The notes below the pieces were generated by a model. The model was not told where the DNA came from. It was given only the letters and a program-made list of their open reading frames with translations, and searched no databases. A DNA stretch of 64,000 bases. It comes from Klebsormidium nitens. Lineage: Eukaryota > Plantae > Klebsormidiophyceae. This document shows, piece after piece, positions 13,362 through 25,630 of this stretch. The position numbers were made by a program, and so were the translations under genes. Numbering within the stretch: the stretch's first letter is position 1; each line of letters opens with the position of its first letter. The stretch lies in the NCBI GenBank assembly GCA_000708835.1, contig DF237042.1, positions 62,001 to 126,000 of the forward strand. The letters run 5' to 3'.

Positions 13362-14471
13362 ATGTATTGGGAACCCAACCGGTGCTGGATTGTCGGTTCA
13401 GCACTGCGTGATGAGTTTTTGAGAAGACGCGAGGTCCCAGAAGCAGGAACGAATTTTCTTGCATCCAGGCAAATTTCTTTGCACATTGATAAAGACAGTA
13501 CGATTTTAGCCTGGAAAAATCCTGCACTCGCAGACCTGCCTTGGGTCCTGCAAGCTGGTAGCTCGTCTGCCTGGGACAGATTGCGGGGGCAAGGCTTTCA
13601 CCAGTCACTCCCCTTCGTGCTCACTCGAGAGCGTCCGCAGTTGACTTACGTGAGGCGAAAGCAGGGAGTGAAGAGGGGGTTGAACAAATACAGGATTCTG
13701 AACAAACACAAGGCAACGGTAAAGATGCGCTTCGACTTGGTAGTGCGCTGGCTGATTTCAGCATGGAAAGCCGCCATTGAAGGGACGCTTCGCTTTGCGT
13801 CAACTCTGACAAGAAGGACGGGCAAGAAGAAAGTCGATGAATGGGAGGCTGACGTCATCATTCCCGCCGCTTGCGACTGCGAGGGAGCCTGGCATGCTAC
13901 GTTCGACTGCCCCCTGTGCGGCACGTGTTGCGAACTTGACCAATGAGCTCTCTCTGCCTGCGGACACGTGTACTGCGTCCAGTGCCTCGTCCGAGCGACC
14001 AAGGCGTCCGTGTCCGACTCCAAGCTCTTCCAGTGCGTAACATGCGAACAAGAGACGGGACTAAAGAGCGGGATAACGGAAACGGATGTCGAGCTGCTGT
14101 GCACGGGGAGGTTTCACGAGAAAGCCCTGCACGAGATCTTGCGCGACTACGTGCTGAAGCAGGAGGGAGCGGTGGTGTGTGGCAGCTGCGGCGAAGCGAA
14201 CGTCGTGTCTGACGTCACCCACTGGGACAACCTGCGGTGCCTCGGATGCGCCGGGTATATGATGGGCAAGAGGATTGCCGAGGAGGCGGCCGACAAGGCG
14301 TTCAATAAATTGGAACGCAAGCAAAGGCACGCCACGTGTCCGGGGTGTGAGGCGGTGGTCCAGAAGACTCGTGGGTGCGACCACATGATCTGCAGATGCG
14401 GCGTGGAATTTTGTTACAAGTGCTCAGCACCGCGTCTGGTAACCGGTGGATGCAAGTGTCGCTCATCGTGA
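13362..14471 (+). pseudogene. Intronless RBR-type E3 ubiquitin ligase (RING1, shortened IBR, RING2) interrupted by one in-frame TGA at 13944-13946
   Basis: ORFs 13362-13946 and 13968-14471 share a frame. Read-through gives CPLC...DQ*ALSACGHVYCVQC...CVTC (RING1), CGSC...CLGC, and CPGCEAVVQKTRGCDHMICRCGVEFCYKC (RING2/Rcat with catalytic Cys). Confidence 0.8.
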
Positions 14472-15489
14472 GACTTTAGGATCACTCACGGCCGCTAATG
14501 CCAGGAAGTTGAGAGGATTGATAAAGCTAGGTCTAAGCGGACATGCTGGATAGTGACAATCAGCAAACATTTGGTTGTATCGCAGTCAGAAATAGCGTGT
14601 AGGAAACCATCAAAGAACCAATTACGTGACGACAATTTCAGGCCCACGTTCTGCAAAAGCTTAGAGACTACTTACAAAATACCCGTTCGTGTGTTCAAAA
14701 TAGACATCCCGGCCCGGACAGCCGTCAACTTGATTCTCGACAACCGAGCTACAAACTTCAATTCATCAATGCGCGGAACGCGGCTTTTCGTATGGCAAAG
14801 TTCGATTGACATTGAAATGTTGCTCGCTGCGCACATCTTCTCACTAATTCCAAGCTTCTGTATGCTGTCCTTGTTGAGCATGAAACCTGGTGCAAAGGAC
14901 CGTCGAGCAAGAATCCTGTGAGATGCTGAATAAGCCACAATGTTGCCGATAAGCGGAAAAACAAGATATGCTAGGAGCTCTGACTTCATTTGCAGCATGA
15001 GCCGTTCCTTGACAAGCACCCCGTCCAAAGACCTCGCACATAGGTTGGCTTCCACATCCCAATCGTTGACCTGTTAAGCTTTTGCTATTGGTGGCAATAA
15101 TAGCGATGTCACTAGATTGTAACAAGGTTCGTGAAATGTCGTTTCAACCCACAAAAACCATTCTAAGAACCTTACCAAGTCCGCCCCCGTCTTTAAGGAG
15201 TTTCTTGGTTATTGAATCTGAATTAACCCTCCCAATATTCACTCCCATCGATGTTTCTGTAATCATAGACTTCGAGGCTCATGTACAAATGCAGGGCAAC
15301 ATATCAGCGATATTTGCAATATGCTAGTGGGGGCTGTTCGAATTTGTACGACTTGCACCTTCTGCTTTTTTGAACATACAATTGAGTCTCGAGTGCACTG
15401 GATTGATTGCCTATGATTGCGCTTGCGACGTTCACATCATATTTCTCCTGATTTAAGTAGTTATACACTCTCAATGACCTCAGGGAAGA

Positions 15490-18007
15490 CTACGAGAGCT
15501 GTCCAGAGCAAGGGTAGGAAGATCCAGGCGTCCAGTCGGCGGGAACGCAGTCGTCCAGTGTCACCTGAGAAGCAAGCCACAGAAAGAAATGACATCAGAG
15601 AAGGTTCTGTGATGTGAATGACAACCAAGGTGATACCTGAAATTTCGCCGTTGCACGTTTGGATCGAACTTGAAAGTCTTATGTTTTAGCCGGCCTCTCG
15701 TGTACTAGAAGAAGCAATAAGAGTATGATTTGCAGCATACCTGTGTTCCATCTCCTCCCGTCAGTCGAAGAGACACGGAGTCGGTGACATGACCGTTGAG
15801 AACCCAGTTGACACCCCAGCTGCAAAGAGTGGAGCTAAAGCATCAGTTAAACGTGTAAAAAAGGATTGCCAGGACGGGACAACATAAGTTAGTCTTATGC
15901 GAAGATTGCAGTCGGCTGAATTTTGAGCGCACGGTTTTAACCACCAAGTTTCAGTTCTCAAGCCAAGACCTCATCGGAGGTCGTGGCACATTTTATTTCC
16001 CAGAGTACTCACACATGTGTCATGGATGTCCACTTGCCGCCTCCAGTCTTGGCCTCCACAAACTTGACTGACCCGATGCCGCCAACGTTCTGATGCAAGA
16101 GATGCAGAATGGAATGGAAGTGTGGAGAATCTTCAGCAAGACAGGTATTGCTGGTTGAGGAGCTCTTGATGAGATATACTCAGCTCTTCAAGGTCAAAAC
16201 TCCTTTATTGTGATTCTCCGCAGCTGTCTGTAAAGATTGAACAAGGCAACCGCTGCATTTCGTAGATGCACAGCACCCAATTTTGCCATCGTGCTTCTTG
16301 AGACATAAGGAACGGGGAGCACCTCGAAGAATCTAAACGTAGACACGATGGTGCTGAATAATACCTGAATGAAGATGGCGAAGTAGTAAGGAGTGGATCC
16401 GGCATCGGTGCGGATAACAATGTCACCTTTCACAGGGCATTTGACTCTGCAGAGTGTAACGATTGCAACCAATGAGTCCAACAAACTCGGAGGATAAGAG
16501 AAAGTGGATCCACATGAGTATCTGCTGTCAGCTGAGTTTTCTGATTGATTCGTTAGTTGTCCGTTCAGGAATTCGAGACGCTTGCCAATGATTCTACGGT
16601 ACTGCACAGAGCTTGTAATAAGAAAAGATGCGATTATTCGGCTGCATCTCTCTCTGCAGCATTTGCCCCGTGGCTCGATGAAGAGAACGAAGGAGAAAAA
16701 AGGAAGGAGACAGGTAAGTGACTTACTGCTGGATCTCAATGTCCAAAGTTCCCGTCTGATAAGTCTCGTTGACAATCTGATCAAAGGCTGAGGGGCTGAG
16801 AGCAAAGTCATACTTGGGGCACTCGCGGCATATGTCGACGGATTGAACCTGCAGCAGTTGACAGGTATGAATCACCGCCATATTGTCGAGGGAGTTTCCA
16901 ATTTTTAAGCAGCAGACTTCGACCGGTGCATAGACACCAAGTCAAATGGCAGACTATGGTAAGAAGCATCTTCAGAACATTCAAGTGGCAAACGTACGAG
17001 TGGAGTCTGAACGAGGCTGGTTGATAGTGTGACCTGCCACAAGTAGTTCGTACCGGGATCTGTAACATCCTGGTGCTACAGAGAATCATAGTCAGCTACT
17101 GTACGTTGCCAGGTATTGACCGAACAGCTTACCATGACACTGCTGTCAGACTTGCAAAAAGTCTTGGAATTGTTTCCGGGAACGCATGAGATCAGGTAGC
17201 ACTGACCACATCCAAGGCCGGTCTGCACAGAAGATGTTCAAGAGCGTGTAATTATGTCAATGATTCGGCATCAAGAGCTGAAGTCCGCAGCTATTCCTAA
17301 AAATCAGACATCCTTTTTGAGAGCAAAGCATGGTCACTTGAGGATGGGACAAATCAGCAGACGCATCCTCGGTGAGCATCTTAAACTACCTCAACTTCGT
17401 AGGGTAAGACTTTGGAACATTACGGGACAACCTCCCAACGGATTTCAGAGACGAACCTGGAAGAGTTCAGGACCGAGAGCAACAATGTTCTTGTGTGTAG
17501 CGTTCCCTGCAACAAAAGATTCAGAAAGACTTTTTAACTGCACATTGGTTTGACGCCGCAACAAAGTCCAGAGGACGCCGATGCTGATTGTTTGCACTTC
17601 TCTTTAAAAGGTAAAGGATCAGTGCTCGCTTCTATACGTTCATCTTTCGTCAAGACCGCACAGAAATATGCCTAGAACAAATTTGCACTCACCGTAGCCA
17701 CAGGCTCCTCCTGCAGGTTCAAAGAAAATCTATCAGCTCGCATCAATCTGCATGCATCAAACAACTAATTTCATACGAATGACATCCTTAAACTGGCATA
17801 TTCAGTAGACATGTTTGATCTTGACTCACAGTGTAGTCTCCTCTGCCAACAACAAAGATGTGACTTACCGACACCGTTTCCATGGAGCGTCGCGGTGGCA
17901 TTCAGGGTGATTGGTTTTCCGATGGGAATGTAGTCTCCGGAAGCAAAGGTACTTGACGCGGTGAGGCACACCAACAGAAGACAGGAGAGAGCGAAGGATC
18001 GAGCCAT
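15490..18007 (-). CDS. Secreted expansin-family protein (DPBB + CBM63-like domains), 243 aa, 9 exons
   Basis: Exons 18007-17869 (signal peptide), 17710-17693 (GGACGY), 17506-17457, 17222-17133 (GLGCGQCYLISC), 16848-16727, 16446-16365 (VKCPVKG), 16089-16013 (NVGGIGSV...WTSM), 15819-15741 (WGVNW) and 15564-15490 (VPADW). All are GT-AG and phase-consistent, totalling 732 nt. Confidence 0.93.
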
Positions 18008-19264
18008 CTTGATGGTCAGGATCTCGCGACAGAGACTAGTGCAATGCGCTCCAATTCGAGAAGTTCCTCAAGGAAGCTGCTGATGTGCTGATTAAGAGCT
18101 TCTCTGTGTCTCAAGAAGCTGCAAATAGCCGCAACTCTACAATCCCTTTTCTCCCTAGTCCTGATCAGAGCAACAGCTTCAAGTCTACAGTAGTCATAGC
18201 ACTCTTTTCTCCGAGTTTTCAACGCTTTCTTCGATGAGCTTGCTCCAAAAGCCTTGGAGAACATTCGAAGTCGAAGCCTTCACAAGGGTCTGTGTTGCGC
18301 TGCACTGCCAGCTGATCAGGAGCTTTCCCGGTAGATACACGTGTCGCTTTGTGACCCGTCAGAGGTTTTGCGTGGTTCAAAACAGGCAACCTCCCAAAGC
18401 AGGCGTCTGCCGCTTAGTTGGCATATGGAGGCAAACGTTTCATCTGCTGACGCTTTTGACTTTCCGGCCAATCACAGCAAAGTGAGCGTGACACCCACTA
18501 GTGCTCGTGCTTACGACAGTCTGAGCTCGAGCATCAAGACTTTGCGCACTGAGCTTATCATACACGAACGCCTTGCATCATGGGACTCATACGCTGATGA
18601 TCTGCAAGGTGACCAGCACAGCCTGACCCGTTGTCATCTGTGGCCAGTAGAACATATCAATCAAATTCAAGAGTGCCATCTGGATCAGTTTAGCGCGTGT
18701 GTAGCATTGCATACTTTTCGAACGAGACGTCAGCCAGCTCGCCACCGCATGGCGGCCGTTCTGCGCGCATGATCATTCTAAGCATATATACCTGGACGTT
18801 ATATCGTACGAGCAACAGCTTGGCTTGCGCGCGCGAACGTACCACCTTTCAGAAACTCAGCTCAACGAGTTCATAATCTTTCACAAATCTTATGTCGGTC
18901 AGTACGAAGATCTTCGTCATGTTCAGGACTCATTTAATGTTCGGCATCATTTCAAAATCCATGGTACACGCAATATATACCTCCATGATGGTGCACTTGG
19001 AAAGGCATGGTCAACAGCTAGTTGACTTGTAGAACACTTGCATAGCGATACAAAGCACTCTAATCGCAAGGGTAACGATTGACGGGAAAGCTGAACGTAG
19101 GGTGCATCTACTCTTGCACCTCCGACGCCCAGTCCTTGGACATAGGACCTGCGGGCATTTGTCCGGACTAGATTCGGGCCATCGTTCTGGTTCTGAGGTC
19201 ATCTCACATACGCGTCCTGGTAGTCAATCATTAACCACTTTCTCCTGTAGATCAACCTCCAACT

Positions 19265-22200
19265 TCAAGTCCGCTCTGTTACTCCACCAGCCAGTGCCTT
19301 CAGGAGCCTGTTTACCAGGTCTCTACTTCGCTCGTTTATTCGGTACCTAAGATCCAGTTGCCCAAAAATTTGCGGGTTCCCGAGTCTGTACTTGATGTCT
19401 TCGCTACACGTGGCAGTCAGCGTGGAACGCGCCGAAGACGAGCGTTCGCAGATCCACGTCAGCAGGGTGGCGTGCTGATAGATGGAGATCTGCAGAAAGA
19501 CGGGGGACTAAGCAAGAGGATGTGACTGCTCCAGCTCCATCAAGCTTCCTTGCCGCTCTACCAATACCAGGTTTAGCGGAAGCAAAGAGGTTCTTGGAAG
19601 TCCTGGGCAAGTCAGCCTCTCCTTTTTTGCAATATTACTCCGCTTTTAAAGCACACTGTTGATTCCATTTAGGGCGGCAACGATCAGGCAGTCCAGAAAC
19701 TTTGTCTCTGGCAGCGACACAAGCCAGAGGGTCTTGGCAGGGATGACGCGAACAGCGTGCAAAATAACACTGCACCGTGTCTTGCGTCGCACGGCCAATC
19801 TACTCGCATACAAAACGTTTTAATGCCCCACTCTATCTCGACCTGACGTTAAAGCCCTCGGCACAGTCGCAGAAGCCTCTGAATCTGCACACAAACTGGG
19901 GTAACGACAGCCGTCCTCCAATCAGACCCGCAGACTATCGGCGCGAAGCGCAGACCGTTTTGACGTTGAAGCAGAACCTTCCGTTCAACAGCGAAGTATC
20001 TCAGATATGGATGCACAGCCCGCGCATCCAGTTAGCAGGCGGAGGCTCTCTTGGTAACGCTAAACCTCCCTTTCCGGCCACGTGGCCTCTCGGCCCAGAC
20101 GGCGCAGGCCCTCTCCCTTCCAACTGGAGGACGCCAGAAGAGGGACGCTCACCATAACTGCGGCCCCCGCCTTGAACACCCCCGTCGCGGCGCTCCGTTC
20201 GCTGTACAGCAGTTCCACGAGGCGCCGGAAGAGCAGGCTGAGCTTGCGCTCGTTGAACCCGGGGACGCGAATCACGTAGTACAGCAAGTAGTCGCGGGAG
20301 TACTTGGAATTGCCGAGCGCGGCCTGGTCCGAGATGGACAGCAGGTGGAACAGCACGCCCGCCTGCGGACGTCCGGAAAGGAGCGCTGTTCAAAAGTCGG
20401 CCTCAGGTACTGTCGAGCTCAGTGACTGAAGGGTCCGGACTCCGTTTGAGAAAGTCAGCGGGGCTTGATAGTGATTCAAATATTTGGACTGGTTCCTGTT
20501 AGGCGAAAGCGACACCAGCAAATGTTTGTGCCAAACTGAGGGCATACATGGAGTTGCCCGGCATCTATGTCCCTTAAACCAACCATGACCTCCTTTCGAC
20601 CTGCCACCCGCTTCCACCGCCCCGTTCTATGAGACTGGCAACGGTGTCCTTTCTTACCATCTACATCATTCCTCTCTAGAACGCGCAGAACGCGAAGCAA
20701 AGCCAAACTAACAACCAATCTGGTTCTAAGATGTTATGATATGATGCTCGCGCAGAGAAGCGTCCTTGCCTGCAGGTCCAGGATCTGTTTTGACAGCTGT
20801 CGCGCGACCTGCCGCTGCGCGCCCTGCAGTCCCGGCGGGGTGGGGAAGTCCTCCATGAGCGTGGCCAGCATGGAGTGGAACGAGTAGTGGCGAGGAGGGG
20901 TGAGCAGTGACTGCCGCGCCGCGATCGCCTCGCTCTTGGACAGCATGCTCGTCAGGCACGCCAGCAGCGTTACCTGCGTCGTAGAACGTCAGCAGTAGGT
21001 CAGCAGCGTGACCGAGCATGGACAGGGGCACCGAAGGGATGAATGCGCGGGGACTGGCCAAGTCGGACAAAACGCGTGCTTGAACTGCTTAATGATCAAA
21101 ACAACGTAGCAAAGTTCTAGGCTGAAAAGAACGCAACGGCACTGCCAGGAAGCTATCTGATAGTTGATCTGATGCCCCTCTGATCAGCGACGCCAACCGA
21201 AGCAACGCTTCGCCACAGAGGGAGGAGACAAGACCCTGGGCACAAGTCTTACTTGCAAAACCACTTGCGATTGGGTTTTCAATTAGTGTCTCCGACTGTC
21301 TCAGCTTTTCGAAAGCACGTTCTCCCGCTCGGTGATGCTGTGACGTCAAAACAGCAAAGTCCTGGGACAGATCCCTCACCACATACTGCAGCCCCTCGAC
21401 CGCGGCCGCGCACTCGCGCACCGACGGCGCGCGCAGAGTCCGGCCGCCGCTCTCGCCGCCCCTTCCGGTCAAACTGCCGTCCAAATCAGACGATCGCCGG
21501 TCGCCCTCCTTCCAGGGGGCCCCGTTCCCATAAGCGTTTACCCCCCTGACTGCTTGCGGCCCATGGCCGTACCTATACACCCCTTCAAGTTTTGGAGTCG
21601 AGGGGGTCGAGTCGCCCGAGATTCTGCCCCCCAGGGGAGTGCTCATCGAGTTCCGGATTCCTAGGATCGTTCGCCGGGGGGTGATGGGCTCCGGCGTGGC
21701 CTGGCCGAACTGCTTGGGAGTCCCCGGTTCCCGGATCTTGTTCCCCGACGACTTTTGCGGGGAAGGTTTGCCTCCAGATGACGCGTTCTGGGCGTGTGTG
21801 CCCTCCCCGCTGTGCAGCTCCACCATGACTTTCTGTACCGCAAGGAAAACAAGCGGTCACACTTTGACAGCAATGGATGGTGAATCGTCGAACACTCTGT
21901 GGCGAGTTGACATGTAGTCGCGCCAGGCGCCTGACTGGGATCTTTCGCAGGCAACTTGATTCGATGGCGGGGACAAAGAGGTGCAGTGCATAGCCGCAGC
22001 AAGTCTGCTTAAAAGAGCGATCATGGTGCCGGTCCATAATCGATAGATCAGCACTTGCGTGCTAGTTCGACTTGGGAAAGTCGCCAAGCCGGTAAAGCAT
22101 CCCTCTCAAGAGTGTTCAGTGGTGACAATCTCGATAAACAGTCAGAACAATGTGCTTGTGCCTCCATCTGCCTCCTGTGTCCTTCGACCTGAATGCGAAG

Positions 22201-25200
22201 GATCCTTCTGTTCTGCAAAAGCCACGTCGAAAAAGCGCATTATCTTCAATCAGTCCGCTTCTTTCCACCGGCCAACGGGCCTTCTTTGCACGCACCTGCT
22301 TGAGCTTGGTGAGCCGCATCTCGTCCAGCAGGCGCGAGAAGACACCCGACTCGAAGAAGAGCTTTTTGATGGGCGTGCTGTGCTCGCCCGCCGAGCCGAT
22401 CTCCTCGAACAGCTTCAGCTTGTCCGGGATCGAGTGCGCCACCAGCAGCTCCGACTTGAGCTCCGAGAACAGCGCCTGCGAGCGCCACGTGGCAAGCTGT
22501 GAGCCGCCGTTCGTGCTGCATCGTGACTGCTTTCGACTGGTAAAACAATCAAGCTCGATATCCGCAGCCAGGTACGGTTCGTCGTCGAAAGTGAACCCTT
22601 GAGGCCGCGAGCTACCGGTTGCCGCTGGAACAAGCTGCCAAGAAGCTGCGTCCGTTCGCTATCAACGCCACCTAACCGAGCGACCGCCTTTGTTCTCCAT
22701 TCCTCTGCCAAATTCGTCCATCGAAATCCGTTTGCGACTGACAGCAAACGGAGACCGCTCGGCGACCCCTCGAGACAAGGCAACACACGTTCGTCGCTAC
22801 CAATTGTAGACGCGCGCAAATTGGACTACAGGCGCTCTATTCTCATAGGAGAGGAAGGAACGAAGGGCTTCAGATGAAAGTGTGCTTGAATGAAGAGGTG
22901 CCGCTTCTCGTGAATGGCCCGCACCTTCATGGCGGCCTCGTCGTGGTGCTCCTCGCGGCCGCCCACGTTCACCTCCCCCGCGCGGCTCTGGTCCACCAGC
23001 GCGTTGTAGCACACGCTCGACAGCACGAACTGCAGCCGCGAGCCTGCCACGTGGAAGATTACGTCAGCAATCCATTGGCAGATAACGGGGTCGGGCTTGA
23101 GGGCGAAGAGAGGGAGGATGACCAGAAATACTGCACATTGCTCTTGTAACTACAGCAAGAGCAACACGGATCAACGGGAGCTCGTGCGGACTGTTTGGGC
23201 GAGGCGCCTTTGCCATGACTGCGTCAGAACCATGAGCCCTCCTGCCTGCGAATTCCCTTCAATTGTGAAAAGAAGCTGATCATCTGACCAGGAACATCTG
23301 GTCAGCTGCTGGCCGAATCCTCACCTGAGCCCGTAAACAGCTCCAGCGCTTTGTTCTCAGGCCCGAGGTTCAGCGCCAGCCCGGCCGCGTGGTGCTCGTC
23401 GTGCTCGGAGTCTTCGTCAATCGGAGCGACTGACACGTGGCAGATGCAGTGCAGCGTGAAGGGGTGCAATACACGCCGGCACAGCGTCTGGTGTACCGGA
23501 GGGAGCGGCTTGTCTTTAAAATGATCTGCAGGGGAGGTCATTGGATCGACACAGAGCAGAAACCTAGCTGGCCCTTGCAATGGACGGAAAAGAGTTGCCT
23601 GTCAAGAAATAGAAAGTCGATGCGCGTCGATTGCGTCCCTAAGGATGACAGCCGTTGATCTGTTACGGCCTTTAAGATCGGGGAAAGAAAGGGCGAGCCC
23701 GGTGTCTTCAAGAAGCTGGTACAGCTTAGAACAGACGATGGCATACGAAGGCTCAGAAAGAATTGGAAAGTGCCGGTGTCGCTGAATCTGGGCGCAGCGC
23801 GAGCCTTACCTATGGTGACTATGTCCAGCACGTTGACCATCTCCCGGACGACGGTTCCCCGTTTCGCAATCGTGACCAGGACCAGCTCTTTGTTGGTCAC
23901 TGCCGCGTATCTCGACTCTGCAACAGGGCGGCGTCAGCATTGTAAAAAGAGGGAAGGAACACCCGCAAGGACAGAAATCCGCGAGGTGAAGCGCCACGAA
24001 TCAGCTGTTAGTGGCTTTGGAGTCAAGGGCGTTGCCTTCTTTACAGACGAAAGCAAGGAGGTTTGATCATTGAAGTTACACGCACAAAGATCGGACCGAA
24101 AGCAATTCATTTCACAAAACCTGGGGGGGAGTAAGATCGGACAAGAACCTAACACACTGCAGCGATGGTGGGTCCTGGAGCTTTCGAGCTACAACTGACG
24201 TAGTCAACCTTTTGAGGACCACATGGAGCAACTCTCGCCCTGTTGTGCGCTTGGCGAAATTGGGGGCTAGCTTCCAAGACAAAATGCAAGACAGCTTCCT
24301 AGTACACGGCTCACCTCGCCGGCCCTTCCGTCCACCCACCACAACCTTTTCTTGCACAAGGGACGAGTCTTTGAGCCACGGGGGCGCAAAACGACTGAAC
24401 AGCATGTCTGAGGACGATGCGCCTATCGCAGACTGGACCTGCATCTGAACGTCCAGGGTTTCGACCATGCGTCAGATTCCCGCTCAGAAAGTATCATCTC
24501 TCGTGTCAGGACAATGTCTCTCATGACAACGGCTCATGACAATGACTGGGTTACACTTCAGATTTAGTGCCTCTATAATGATGACAACCACGAGTCAGTG
24601 ACCTGGTTGTGCCAAGAATTGTCACTGCAGTGTCGTCCGAGGCCGGCAGGTATAACTGGCAAGCTATCATTATTGTACTCATCACACTTCCTGCATGCGT
24701 GGTTCGTTCCATAGCGCAAAGCACAGCCAGAGCATGCTTGCAACTCACCTTGGTCTCGACCCTCTTCATTGACTTCGTCGCAGGTGGGGCGGACTGAACC
24801 ATGGTCTGCCTGCTGCCACTCTGCGCCTCTGGACCCTCTTCTAGACTTTCAGGGATTGGCGCTCGAGGCGTCGCTGCTCCGCTGGCCTTTCCCCACTTAG
24901 GCGATAGCGGGGTCTGCATGCCCCCCAAGTGGCTAGATCCCCCCTGGCTGGTAGGATGTTCTGCATACCTGGATCCTTGAGAAATGAGAGGCTGAAGGCT
25001 GCCGCTGCCATAACTGATGCTGCTGTTGCTATTGGCGCCTCCACTGTTGTTGTAAGCTGCTCCGCTATTGCTATAAGTGCCTACGCTACTGCTATAAGTT
25101 GCCGCACTATCAGTATAAGTTGTCCCCCTGTTGTTATAAGTGGCCCCGCTATTTCCATTAGCTACACCCCCCACAAGCGGAGAAGCAACCCTGGAGCTGC

Positions 25201-25630
25201 CCCGCCTGTCTGGGGATGGCTGGAAACTTGTTGAAGCGTTTGGCTGCCAGCTCCCCCGCAGGAAGCTATTGTGCCCTTCATAAGCTCTCTGCTGATAACT
25301 AGAGTAGTAGCTCGTGGATGCACTCTGGTGCGCTGACCTACGATCATTCTCCTGGTCATCAGGGGCTCTGTCACGGAGGCTGTTTGCCTGTGTCCTTACC
25401 GGACTGTCTGCTTGCTCAGGGGAAGAATCAGACATACGGGGCCTTTGCCGGGGGGTCACCAGGAGGGTCCTGGGAGGGGGGGTGGCGCGCAGCCACTCCT
25501 TTTGCGGTGTCCTGGGAGGTTTGTCAGTGGAGTTGCGGAGCGCGTTGTTTGACATTAAGGCACCAGCCTGCTGCGGGTCATCAACATGACTGCTGAATTG
25601 CCCCCCGATGCTGGGACTTGTGTCCACCAT
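19265..25630 (-). CDS. C12orf56 / DUF4551-like protein with a long low-complexity N-terminal region
   Basis: Multi-exon model: 25630-24749, ~24445-24150, ~23910-23810, ~23530-23320, ~23050-22880, ~22520-22305, ~21830-21305, ~20975-20775, ~20370-20150, 19491-19265. Segments RYAAVTNKELVLVTIAKRGTVVREMVNVLDIVTI, LLFHLLSISDQAALGNSKY and ISIYQHATLL...EDIKYRL resemble remembered C12orf56 motifs. Some junctions were not fully verified. Confidence 0.62.
25004..25150 (-). repeat. Coding 21-bp/7-aa degenerate repeat (SGATYNN-like heptads x7)
   Basis: SGATYNN RGTTYTD SAATYSS SVGTYSN SGAAYNN SGGANSN SSISYGS; TATAAGT recurs every 21 nt on the + strand. Confidence 0.85.

Noticed and set aside
13944-13946. 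Selenocysteine codon in the RBR ORF
   Set aside because: The position is not a zinc-ligand or redox Cys and aligns to Arg (CGG) in the paralog; no SECIS was recognised.
16788-16813. Possible 26-nt intron (GTATGA...CTCAG) in expansin exon 5
   Set aside because: It is too short, and removing it creates a stop; read-through gives the expected DFALSPSAF segment.
15790-17700. Apparent decayed F-box/LRR gene on the + strand (HLPPPVLAS..., EHLKLPQLRRVRLW)
   Set aside because: The region is fully explained by minus-strand expansin exons with canonical, phase-consistent splice sites; the + strand peptides are shadows.
19361-19370. Sm-site-like AATTTTTGGG suggesting an snRNA
   Set aside because: It lies inside the last coding exon of the DUF4551-like gene (PQIFGQL); no snRNA core sequence flanks it.
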